Shown: positions 39,901 to 47,261, counted from the stretch's first letter. The stretch: DNA of 64,000 bases from Prevotella sp. CAG:1058 (GCA_963931425.1 OZ007015.1:1517268-1581267); one strand, 5' to 3'. The notes: a model not told the origin generated them from the sequence alone. Translations and numbers: made by a program.

Positions 39901-40721
39901 TGCGCCAGCAGTACGTGTCAGACCTGCGCCAGTACTCGTTCAACAACGTGAAGCTTGACGAGCCGCTCGCCGTCAACACGTCGAAAGACCTGCTCGTGGC
40001 CATATACATAGAGCACAACGAGATAACCGCACCGCTTGGCTACGACGCCGGTCCTGCCAACAACGGACGTGGCAACCTCTACTCCAGCGACGGCCAGACA
40101 TGGAGCCTGTTGAGCGACTCCGAGACAGGCATTGACGCCAACTGGAACATCTCGATAGGGCTTAGTCCTTATTCTAATGCCCCGCTCGAGCCTAACGGTG
40201 CCATGAAGGCACAGCGCAAGGCGTTTGCTCCCAAGAAGCAGGCCAGCCCCGTCAAGCTCTTGTCAGTGCCTGCCGGCAGCCAGTCGGCATCGCAGAAAAA
40301 CGCCTTCATGGGCTACAACGTGTACCGCAACCACGAGCGTCTCAACAGCGAAACGGTAACTGAAACGTCGTACATCGACGCAACACCGGCCGACAACAAA
40401 TATCTTGAATACCAGGTATCGGCCATCTACTCAGTATCGGGCGAGAAGCTCTCGGCACCCGTGACGCTCACAGCCACCGGCATAGACGGCGTCGAGGTTT
40501 ACAGCGGAATGCGTGTTACGGTTGAACGCGGCGACATCCTTGTCCACGGAGTCAGCGCCGGAACGCCCGTATGCCTGTACGATGTCAACGGCGCCATGAT
40601 ATACAAGGGCATTGCAGCCGAAGCCGGCGTACACGTAATAACTGGTTCAGGCATTGCCGACGGTACATACATCGTCAAGGCAGGCAACGCCACGGCCAAG
40701 TTTGCCAAGAACGGTAAATAA
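33987..40721 (+). CDS. 2244-aa T9SS-secreted multidomain adhesin-like protein (cleaved-adhesin domains, six FN3-like GYNVYRDG modules, two propeller-like regions, Asp-box)
   Basis: Signal peptide, WQYIDADN...NNDFIISPEL, VTSDGGKTW, six G/A-Y/F-N/D-V/I-Y/F-R-D/N motifs, CTD with LYDVNG...GTYIVK. Confidence 0.85.
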   Translation: MKIRNYILSLVAAAGCAVCVAAIADGRNDDKQEKVKPAENMPAKVDTQRSPYSLINLAGSEDGIPYGLRLMEVDNKDVSLSWNTPEATDGYWDDFETHDDFVINSPGSVGWQYIDADNARTYTWQACTFPNMGQKMAFIVMNPSMTSPATDTNPNYKPFSGNKMLVDFCAADVPNNDFIISPELNFSSDFKISFRARSYNDAYALERIRVGYSTTGISPSNFTWVQGGDYVELPAEWNLYEYEIPQEAKYVTINCVSDDAFMLLIDDIFVGTNEVRPGVMPMKAPAAGAKLTGFNIYRDGTKVNQEPVTEIRYTDTVDDYGTFSYTVAAVYSDGSESEKSDALQVEVPDIRLLPFEDDFETWTLAEDKWSTMNGDAYDVNNWSIDYYATGLVDPCATFRYSNLVNYDQSLVTRELNTENRGATYLRFNLKLQNERHENDDYLAVEVTSDGGKTWKNVATFDNKQGAFDWKVCQYNIGGLLDSNLFRIRFRAYGAISTYIDYWYVDDIKVWNPEWTTATLTVMSADGAVAGCPVTLTGNSGGVYTATTGDDGKVVFDEIEDDTYTVSIVNDGYNIYESEWTVSKEGENAFTAELKRPVMTLSSTDVAAEIVAESSIEKTVTLSNTGDGPMTWYLNTQHKAGSGDASRLWEIQGTFTASGDLQSCVAFDGENYYTSSSIELGEFWKYDKDGTLVERFRLPDMYFPVYDLTFDGRYFYGGDGTNRVFKFDFYNKRVADIITVDAEPGLEITHCCYDPDLGGLWIGGWNTLGLIDMTGKIIVSVENFDPNTTLSVIGSAYDNVTPGGPYLWLADGSSSETMIDRVAIHQYNINEARLTGVSHLATDVPGYKIGNASTGVNRIGGLSSSFDIKNGTLTLTGVLQQSPGLIFNYTLCEIGEWVEMSPKHGTLQPGDSQDITFGFNSVDAKKGDKFETTAEILTVPELGEQSLAVSMDVNADAASPRPVELKAEPGQASVQLTWKPGDESRAPMGYNVYRDGTKVNTEAVTETAFTDDKLVYGEYYYKVTAVYDGGEESLPSDSVAAFVKQGAQYYAPLEPAAVVEGNNNVNLTWKSPLVNAGESNSVSWSTGVYADAMGVADGGTFYAASDWTAEDLVPYRNKRVSSVSVQLVNPCSYLRLFVYKDGESVYSKTYNGNILYDGTYTDVTIDEPLLIEPGAEYRFAFQLQNAQGIKPLGMDASQAVDGKGNLLSIDGETWFPASYQGIAGNFNIKIDVVPDESMVEEAPSGYNVYRDGEKVNDKPVTATSYTDVVSESGTHEYTLTSVYSDGGESAESESVSVEIVGIYGPYAPSAVDADVHINRDVTLCWDYPTDGTHTLKADITTRPVTVDDNMPEYVNSFTGHDEGVEMGIASDNNFIYTSTYSKDGYVNKYSMDGEYIESFTIDGIEGIRNIVYDGTDFYVGDYSTNIYKVDMEAHMVLATMTISEFSRHLAYIPELDGGNGGFEVGDWETSIYVRKDGSKIGNGPTLLGASGTAYNDGLLYAFEQGGDNTRTIGIYDFATSQRVGSIDVTAYSEITGISTASAGGMSVVSRPDGSKFLALALQRQDDNTKFAFIELEGVSGVTGYNVYRNGEQVNDEPLTRRYFAESLDNEGSYKYEIETVYIDGSKSDSRATVDIQIQPKGTAEVPEDVKAVQSTYGYNVLLSFADPQMNDGAAKAESFETANAQEPVSVEGWINKADAWKVTADYAYEGIKAMEAEGDGEATMILSVDGMASLKMAVRNADDHNGHGSISLLRSIGGTDDADFIQMNAYQTNEAWTEIEADIPEGTEYLAIRKPAGIETQFIDAVRLFTQKTPSSVYAYDIFRNGEQINEQPVTGISYIDRNLVPGHYDYQARLTTTLSAVSELSDKVGIDLDYDNGGLAPTGLKAGYEADGSVKLSWQFPALGEPIYLRWHDGNSYDAGGVANGGSFFAGARWYASDLKDYEQLSLTDVEFYINQIPDALFVLVYEGSTLVRQQYVSDLRQYSFNNVKLDEPLAVNTSKDLLVAIYIEHNEITAPLGYDAGPANNGRGNLYSSDGQTWSLLSDSETGIDANWNISIGLSPYSNAPLEPNGAMKAQRKAFAPKKQASPVKLLSVPAGSQSASQKNAFMGYNVYRNHERLNSETVTETSYIDATPADNKYLEYQVSAIYSVSGEKLSAPVTLTATGIDGVEVYSGMRVTVERGDILVHGVSAGTPVCLYDVNGAMIYKGIAAEAGVHVITGSGIADGTYIVKAGNATAKFAKNGK

Positions 40722-40770
40722 CGCCCGGGTTGACCGCTAAATAGTCTGCTGGCAGTCAGCAGCACTTCAC

Positions 40771-40805
40771 AAAGCCACCTTTTGCCTCGCAAAAGGTGGC
40801 TTTTC
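40771..40805 (+). terminator. Intrinsic terminator of the adhesin gene, built from two units of the 22-bp repeat family
   Basis: AAAGCCACCTTTTG-CCTCG-CAAAAGGTGGCTTT followed by TCTTGT. Confidence 0.75.
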
Positions 40806-40895
40806 TTGTATGTGGTATTATGCCGCCCCATTGTATTATTCCCCAAACTATCCGCCTGCCGGTGCCGTTTGGGCATGCAGTTTTATGTCATGCTT

Positions 40896-41003
40896 GCAAC
40901 ATGTTGATATTCAACGCGTTGCAAAAGGTCGTCTTTTGCATTATAAAAGGTAACCTTTTAGCGCCTCAAAGACGGCCTTTTACGTTGCAATATGCCGCCT
41001 TTT
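40896..41003. repeat. 22-bp-period palindrome array, copy 6 (anchor 40896-40922; units 40923, 40945, 40967, 40989)
   Basis: GCAAC-ATGT-TGATATTCA-ACGC-GTTGC immediately followed by AAAAGGTCGTCTTTT, AAAAGGTAACCTTTT, CAAAGACGGCCTTTT, AATATGCCGCCTTTT. Confidence 0.92.
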
Positions 41004-41159
41004 GCATTTTGCCCGTTTCCTGCCTCCTGCGCCATTGCTTTTTCATGGTGCTATGAAAGAAGATGGTGTTAAAATGTGTTCACATATAATTGTTGTTACG
41101 TTGGTTGTTGTAAACGAATGTTAAATCGTACATTCCAATTGAATTTTATTGTCGGATAA

Positions 41160-41216
41160 TTTGCAATATATCTGATATTGCATTACATTTGCAGTGTACT
41201 ACAACAATAGTACACT
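41160..41216 (+). promoter_or_regulatory. Promoter (TTTG-N20-TACATTTG) with YtrA-type GntR operator AGTGTACTA-N6-TAGTACACT
   Basis: The perfect 9-bp-arm palindrome at 41193-41216 lies directly after the -7 box, and the operon encodes a YtrA-type GntR. Confidence 0.85.
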
Positions 41217-41270
41217 ATGATAAAGACAATAAGAGTATAAAAATATTTGCAATCTAAGACTTTAACAATT

Positions 41271-41753
41271 ATGGGAACAATCATCACAGCCGCCACGATA
41301 ATGGCGTTTTACCTTAACTCGGCAGGCAACGTTGAGTCGCCGTATTACTACAATGCCGACATTGACAACGGTCAGATAAAGACCATGTATGTTTACGACA
41401 AGCAGGGTGAAAGCCTCGTAGGCAAGACGGAATGCCGTTATGAATACGACGCCTGCGGGCGAATCACTGCTAAAGAAATCTACAGCCGCAGTGCGGCAAC
41501 CGGCCTAATGACCCCGCGCAGTCGTTACGAATACACCTATACGGACGACGGCTACAGCCTGGCACACCGTATGTGGAACCCGGATAAGCAGGCTTTCGGC
41601 AAGGCAGACAGCCGCACGGACTACCGCATGGCGACCGAAGGGGTTATGGCAGTGACCAACTACGAACTTCAGGAGGGAAGTTCAGTAATGACACCGGTCA
41701 GCAACATTCTCGCCATAGTGCCTTGCGATAGGGCTTCGCTTGCCGGCTTTTAG
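41271..41753 (+). CDS. DUF3836-like protein
   Basis: YYYNADIDNGQI...RYEYDACGRITAKE...RYEYTY beta-hairpin pattern. First gene of the YtrA operon. Confidence 0.65.
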   Translation: MGTIITAATIMAFYLNSAGNVESPYYYNADIDNGQIKTMYVYDKQGESLVGKTECRYEYDACGRITAKEIYSRSAATGLMTPRSRYEYTYTDDGYSLAHRMWNPDKQAFGKADSRTDYRMATEGVMAVTNYELQEGSSVMTPVSNILAIVPCDRASLAGF

Positions 41754-41793
41754 TCTATAAATCAACATTAACAATCATCAAAACAACAATAAA

Positions 41794-42612
41794 ATGATAC
41801 ACATCGAGAATCTTAAATACAAGTACCAGGGCGCGAAACAGTATGTTTTCGACGGTTTCAACCTCGACCTTGAGGACAATAACATCTACGGACTGCTCGG
41901 CAAGAACGGCACGGGCAAGTCTACCTTGCTTTATCTTATCAGCGGACTGCTGCGCCGCACGGCAGGCTCGATAACCATCGACGGTGTCGACACATCGTTG
42001 CATAGGGCAGAAACGCTTGAGGAAATATTCCTCGTTCCCGAGGAGTTCGACCTCGCCTCGATGACCCTCGACGCATACGTCAGGCTCAACCAACCGTTCT
42101 ATCCGCGCTTCAGCCGCGAGATTCTGGAGAGCTGCCTGCGCGACTTCGAGCTTACGCCCGACATCCACCTGAAGGAGCTTTCAATGGGACAGAAGAAAAA
42201 GGTGTACATGAGCTTCGCCCTTGCAGCCAACACCCGCCTGCTGCTTATGGACGAGCCGACCAACGGACTTGACATTCCGTCGAAGAGCCAGTTCCGCCGT
42301 GTCATTGCAAACAACATGGGCGACGACCGCACGATGATAATCTCTACCCACCAGGTGCACGACGTCGAGTCGCTGCTCGACCACATCGTGATGCTCGACC
42401 GCTCGCAGATTCTCCTCGATGCGTCGGTCAGCGACATCTGCGCCAAGTACAACTTCGAGTTCCGTTCGCTGGGCGAGCCGCAGGACGACGTGCTCTACGC
42501 CGAGCCGTCGGTGCAGGGCAACGCCGTAATAACACGTAAGCGCGAGGGCGACGACGACACTACGCTCAACCTCGAGCTGCTCTTCAACGCCCTTACAAAA
42601 CATGCACTATAA
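41794..42612 (+). CDS. ABC transporter ATP-binding protein (YtrB-like)
   Basis: GKNGTGKST, LSMGQKKK, LLMDEPTNGLD, ISTHQVHD. Confidence 0.93.
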   Translation: MIHIENLKYKYQGAKQYVFDGFNLDLEDNNIYGLLGKNGTGKSTLLYLISGLLRRTAGSITIDGVDTSLHRAETLEEIFLVPEEFDLASMTLDAYVRLNQPFYPRFSREILESCLRDFELTPDIHLKELSMGQKKKVYMSFALAANTRLLLMDEPTNGLDIPSKSQFRRVIANNMGDDRTMIISTHQVHDVESLLDHIVMLDRSQILLDASVSDICAKYNFEFRSLGEPQDDVLYAEPSVQGNAVITRKREGDDDTTLNLELLFNALTKHAL

Positions 42613-42630
42613 CCTTAAAGACTGAAGACA

Positions 42631-43458
42631 ATGAAGAATTTTGATATGAACCGCTTCGGCCGCACGCTCAAATGGAGCGCGCTGATGACCAAGAAAGAGG
42701 CGCTGACCAACCTTGCCTCGATGACGTTCGCGTTCGCCGTGCTCGCCGTGGTACAGGTAATGTCGAGCCGTAATGTGCCTGACATAGTAGTTGAAAATAA
42801 TCTCCATAACTTTACATCGTTTGCGCTTTTCGTTTTTTTGATAATCTGTTTCATCGGCGGATGCTGGATTTTCAGCAACATGAAGACCAAAGAACAGCGC
42901 ATAACGTTCAAGATGTTGCCCGCCACCGACCTTGAGAAGTTCGTCGTCCGCGCGCTTTACGCCACCGTAGTGTGGTGGCTCATGGCCTTCGTGGCTTTCT
43001 GCCTTGCCGACCTTTTCCGCATGCTTGTCAGCCTGGTTGCCGGGGTCAGCATAAAAGGCAGCGCCGTGCCGTTGTTCTTTTCGATGATTTCCGCCAATAC
43101 TGATGTCAACATAAACACGCTCAACAGCGGCGACGTAGCCTTTGCCGCGGCAATATATACGATGGCAAATGCCTGGGCTTTCTGGGCACATTCGCTCTAC
43201 ATACTGGGTGGTACGCTGTTCCGCCGCCGCCAGTTCGTGCTTACCACGCTTGCCCACAGCATCATCGGGCTTGTGTTTACGCCCATGCTCATCCACTTTG
43301 TCGACAGTTCCGACAGCCTTGCCTTGCGCGATTCGCTTGTAGCAATAGTCTGGACAGCGGCCGCGGTGTTCGCCGTCTGGGGACTGCTCGACTGGTGGCT
43401 GTCGTACAGAATATTCCGCCGTATGCAGGTAATCAACAACAAGTGGCTTAACATTTAG
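42631..43458 (+). CDS. ABC-2-type membrane protein, paralog 1
   Basis: Six hydrophobic segments, MLPATDLEKF, C-terminus MQVINNKWLNI. Confidence 0.75.
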   Translation: MKNFDMNRFGRTLKWSALMTKKEALTNLASMTFAFAVLAVVQVMSSRNVPDIVVENNLHNFTSFALFVFLIICFIGGCWIFSNMKTKEQRITFKMLPATDLEKFVVRALYATVVWWLMAFVAFCLADLFRMLVSLVAGVSIKGSAVPLFFSMISANTDVNINTLNSGDVAFAAAIYTMANAWAFWAHSLYILGGTLFRRRQFVLTTLAHSIIGLVFTPMLIHFVDSSDSLALRDSLVAIVWTAAAVFAVWGLLDWWLSYRIFRRMQVINNKWLNI

Positions 43459-43620
43459 CGCGTCAAGGTGAAGAGTCGGGAACAAAGGGTGAAGAATGTG
43501 GAGGTCTGGTAGAGGCGGCAAAAACGTCGACAGGAGCGTGGCGTGCGCTTTCATGCAGCCTGATTCTTACCTTGGTGTTGCTCGATTCATGACAATTTTG
43601 AATAATAAAAACAGGGAGTT

Positions 43621-44442
43621 ATGGATAATTTCGATATAAAACGTTTTGCGAGGACAGTCCGCTGGATGTACAGGATTAATGTTAAGAACGTGCTGTCGTT
43701 TGCCGCCGGCCTTTCTTTCGGCTACCTGTTCACGTTCATTGGCTGGCTCTGGCCCTTGCTCAAGTCAGGAAGTGCAGCGCAGGAGGCAGCTGTCAGATAT
43801 TCGTCAAGCCTGGGTACATGTTCCTTTATTTACGTGCTGGTCATTGTATTCAGCGGTATTTGGATTTTCTCGGACATGAATATTAAAGGTAAGTGCATAA
43901 CATTGAAAATGCTGCCGGCAACCGATTTCGAGAAGTTTCTTGCCCGTTTCCTTGCCATGACGCTTGGAACGGCGGTGGCGGGCTTTGTGGCGTTCTGCAT
44001 CGCTGACGTCCTGCGTATAGTCTTTTGCCTTGCGGTGGGCATCGACTATGTTGGTTTCGGCTTTTCAGAGTTCTTTTCCAATATTGCCGGGGTTGGCAGG
44101 TTGCTCCCCTGGAAGTCGGAGGGCAGTCCGCTTGTAGGCAGTGTTGTCGTAGTGCTGTGGTGTTTATGGGCACAGTCAATGTACATGCTCGGCAGCGTAT
44201 TGCTGCGCCGTAACCAGGCCGCCGTCATCACAACGGCACATGCCTTACTGATTATTGTCCTCTCAGGGGCTGCGTCATGGCTTGTAGCCGAAGACAGGAC
44301 GGCCTTTATTGAAAGGTTGTATGAACCGCTGGTGTACACGCTTGCTGCCGTGCTGGCCGTGGCTACGGTGGCCGACTGGTGGCTGTCTTACAAGGTGTTC
44401 AGCCGCATGCAGGTTATTAACAACAAATGGATTAACTTATGA
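43621..44442 (+). CDS. ABC-2-type membrane protein, paralog 2
   Basis: MLPATDFEKF, C-terminus MQVINNKWINL. ATGA overlap with gntR. Confidence 0.75.
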   Translation: MDNFDIKRFARTVRWMYRINVKNVLSFAAGLSFGYLFTFIGWLWPLLKSGSAAQEAAVRYSSSLGTCSFIYVLVIVFSGIWIFSDMNIKGKCITLKMLPATDFEKFLARFLAMTLGTAVAGFVAFCIADVLRIVFCLAVGIDYVGFGFSEFFSNIAGVGRLLPWKSEGSPLVGSVVVVLWCLWAQSMYMLGSVLLRRNQAAVITTAHALLIIVLSGAASWLVAEDRTAFIERLYEPLVYTLAAVLAVATVADWWLSYKVFSRMQVINNKWINL

Positions 44443-44798
44443 ACTTTACGACAGAAAAAGCGATTTACGTACAGATAGCCGACAGGTTGTGCGACGAGAT
44501 ACTCACGGGCAAGTTCGTCGACGACGAGCGCATACCCTCTGTGCGCGAGTATGCCGTGCTGCTTGAGGTGAATACCAACACCGCCGTGAAGTCTTACGAC
44601 CTGCTGGAGCAGCAGGGAGTGATATACAAGAAGCGCGGACTGGGCTACTTCGTCACGGCAGGGGCCAAGCAGCGCATACTCGGCGAGCGGCGAAAGGAGT
44701 TCATGGAGGTGCGCCTGCCCGAGATGTTCCGCCAGATGAAGATGCTCGGAATAGGCATCGGCGAGGTGGACGAGGCGTGGAAACGTGACGGCGAATGA
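44439..44798 (+). CDS. GntR family regulator, YtrA subfamily
   Basis: 119 aa, IYVQIAD, RIPSVRE, VNTNTAVKSY.LLE..G, KRGLGYFV. Confidence 0.93.
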   Translation: MNFTTEKAIYVQIADRLCDEILTGKFVDDERIPSVREYAVLLEVNTNTAVKSYDLLEQQGVIYKKRGLGYFVTAGAKQRILGERRKEFMEVRLPEMFRQMKMLGIGIGEVDEAWKRDGE

Positions 44799-44899
44799 GT
44801 TTTTTCGCATTTTATGCCATGTCCGTGCAACATTCGGGCTGCATGATGCGTCATATTAAATAAACGTGTAACAGGAAAAAGGAATTGCAACGTGATATT

Positions 44900-45619
44900 A
44901 TGATTCACTTGGAAAACATAAACAAGACATACGACAACGGGCAGCCGCTGCACGTGCTCAAAGGCATAAACCTCGACATAGAGAAGGGCGAGTTTGTGTC
45001 GATTATGGGTGCGTCAGGCTCCGGCAAGTCGACATTGCTCAACATTCTGGGCATTCTTGACAACTATGATTCAGGCGAATACTGGCTGAACGATACACTG
45101 ATAAAAGACCTTTCGGAGACGAAGGCGGCCGAGTTCCGCAACCGCATGATAGGTTTTATCTTCCAGTCGTTCAACCTCATATCGTTCAAGACGGCCGTCG
45201 AGAACGTCGAGCTGCCCCTGTTCTACCAGGGCGTGCGCCGCCGCGAGCGCCACCGCCTGGCCATGGAGTACCTCGATAAGCTGGGCTTGAAGGAGTGGGC
45301 AGGCCATTATCCAAACGAGATGTCGGGCGGACAGAAGCAGCGTGTGGCAATAGCCCGCGCGCTGATAACGCATCCGCAGATAATACTGGCCGACGAACCT
45401 ACGGGCGCACTCGACTCAAAGACCAGCGTGGAGGTGATGAAGCTGCTCAAGAAACTTAACGAGGACGAGGGCATGACGATAGTAGTCGTTACGCATGAGA
45501 GCGGCGTTGCCAACGAGACCAACAAGATTGTACACATCAAGGACGGACTGATCGGCAACATAGAGATGAACTTTGACCACCATGCTTCGCCGTTCGGAGT
45601 TGACGGTGTGATGAAGTGA
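44900..45619 (+). CDS. MacB/LolD-like ABC ATP-binding protein
   Basis: LKGINLDI, GASGSGKST, MSGGQKQRVAIAR, LADEPTGALD, VVTHE. Confidence 0.94.
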   Translation: MIHLENINKTYDNGQPLHVLKGINLDIEKGEFVSIMGASGSGKSTLLNILGILDNYDSGEYWLNDTLIKDLSETKAAEFRNRMIGFIFQSFNLISFKTAVENVELPLFYQGVRRRERHRLAMEYLDKLGLKEWAGHYPNEMSGGQKQRVAIARALITHPQIILADEPTGALDSKTSVEVMKLLKKLNEDEGMTIVVVTHESGVANETNKIVHIKDGLIGNIEMNFDHHASPFGVDGVMK

Positions 45620-45669
45620 CTGAGCAGTGGAATACTGCCGGTTTTTCAATTTATGGCAAAACGCATTGC

Positions 45670-45767
45670 AAAAGATGCTCTTTTAAACTGTAAAATGGCA
45701 TCTTTCATGAGCTAAAAGAGCATCTTTTGCAATGGCGAATATAAAGTATTGATTTTCAATAACTTAT
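45670..45767. repeat. 22-bp-period palindrome array, copy 7 (units 45670, 45692, 45714; anchor 45741-45767), inside the exporter operon
   Basis: AAAAGATGCTCTTTT, AAAATGGCATCTTTC, AAAAGAGCATCTTTT, 12-nt gap, ATAAA-GTAT-TGATTTTCA-ATAA-CTTAT. Confidence 0.85.
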
Positions 45768-45780
45768 AAAGCGTTCAGAA

Positions 45781-47040
45781 ATGAGGGACATTATAGTTGA
45801 AATATGGAGTACGGTACACCGCAACAAGTTGCGCACAGCCTTGACAGGATTTGCCGTGGCGTGGGGTATCTTCATGCTGATATTCCTCCTCGGAGCCGGC
45901 AACGGACTGATTAACGCTATGCTGTTGCAGAACAGCAAGTTTCTCGACAACTCGATGATTGTAAGCGGAGGAATGACAACAAAGGCTTATAACGGACTGA
46001 AAGAGGGGCGCGCGATAGAGCTGAACGACCGTGACATGGCTGTTACGGGCAACAATTTCTCGGCCAATGTGGATGAGACAGGCGGCTCGGTGTCGCAAAG
46101 CGGACTGACATTCAGCAGCGGAGCCAACTATGTAGGCGGTACTCTCGAAGGCGTATATCCGAATGAAATCGAGATAAACAAGAAGGAAATGCTTTACGGC
46201 AGGTTTATAAACCACATCGACATAGAGCAGAAGCGCAAGGTGCTGGTGCTGAGCGAGGACGACGCCAAGGAACTGATGCCTAACGGAACGGAGCGTATCA
46301 TCGGTCAGTATGTCGACGTTGACAGTCTGGCGTTCCGTGTGGTAGGTGTCTACAAAGCCGACCGAAGCGGTATGAATACATCAGCCTATACGGCGTTTAC
46401 GACAATACGCACCATCTACAACAAAGGCGACGAGGTCGGTTCGATAGTATTCTCGTTCAAAGGACTTGACACACAGGAGGCCAACGACGCCTTTGAGACT
46501 CAGTATCGTGCGCGTATTAACGGCAATCACAGTGCTGCACCCGACGATGAAGGCTCTGTATGGATATGGAACCGCTTCACGCAGAACTTGCAGATGAACA
46601 CCGGCATGAACATGATACGCACTGCGTTGTGGATTGTCGGTCTGTTTACGCTTTTGAGTGGAATAGTCGGTGTAAGCAATATCATGCTTATCACTGTAAA
46701 GGAACGTACCCGCGAGTTCGGCATCCGCAAGGCGATAGGAGCCAGGCCGTCGTCTATATTGCGGCTTATAATAATTGAAAGCATCGTGATAACGACGTTT
46801 TTCGGCTACATAGGAATGGTAATCGGCGTTGCCGCCAATGAGTATATGGACGCTACAATCGGACAGATGAAGGTGAACAGCGGTATGTTTGAGGCCACGA
46901 TGTTCTATAACCCGACTGTCGGCATAGGTGTCTGCATTGCCGCCACGGTGGTTATGATTGTGGCAGGAACGCTCGCAGGGCTTATACCGGCACGTAAGGC
47001 AGCACGCATCAGACCGATAGAGGCGCTGAGGGCAGAATAG
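45781..47040 (+). CDS. MacB/FtsX-like ABC permease 1
   Basis: KLRTALTGFAVAWG, GVSNIMLITVKERTREFGIRKAIGA, PIEALRAE. Confidence 0.93.
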   Translation: MRDIIVEIWSTVHRNKLRTALTGFAVAWGIFMLIFLLGAGNGLINAMLLQNSKFLDNSMIVSGGMTTKAYNGLKEGRAIELNDRDMAVTGNNFSANVDETGGSVSQSGLTFSSGANYVGGTLEGVYPNEIEINKKEMLYGRFINHIDIEQKRKVLVLSEDDAKELMPNGTERIIGQYVDVDSLAFRVVGVYKADRSGMNTSAYTAFTTIRTIYNKGDEVGSIVFSFKGLDTQEANDAFETQYRARINGNHSAAPDDEGSVWIWNRFTQNLQMNTGMNMIRTALWIVGLFTLLSGIVGVSNIMLITVKERTREFGIRKAIGARPSSILRLIIIESIVITTFFGYIGMVIGVAANEYMDATIGQMKVNSGMFEATMFYNPTVGIGVCIAATVVMIVAGTLAGLIPARKAARIRPIEALRAE

Positions 47041-47047
47041 TTCTTTT

Positions 47048-47222
47048 AATTCATAATTCACAATTCATAATTCATGATTGCGCCGGATGATAATCACAGT
47101 TCACAATTCATAATTCATGATTGGGCTGGGTGGTAATTCATAATTCACAATTCATAATTCATGATTGGGCTGGATGATAATTCATAATTCACGATTCATA
47201 ATTTATAATTGGGCTTGTGAGT
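47048..47222. repeat. Tandem repeat: 4 x 43-44 bp, each of four AATTCA(T/C) heptamers plus GATTGGGCTGGATGAT
   Basis: Units at 47048, 47092, 47135 and 47179, read directly from the sequence. Confidence 0.9.
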
Positions 47223-47261
47223 GGTTGAAATGACATATTTTCTTAGTTAAATAAGTATATA

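Noticed and set aside
47048-47222. Possible CRISPR array
   Set aside because: The intervening 16-nt blocks are near-identical rather than unique spacers, the repeat is made of heptamers, and there are no cas genes.
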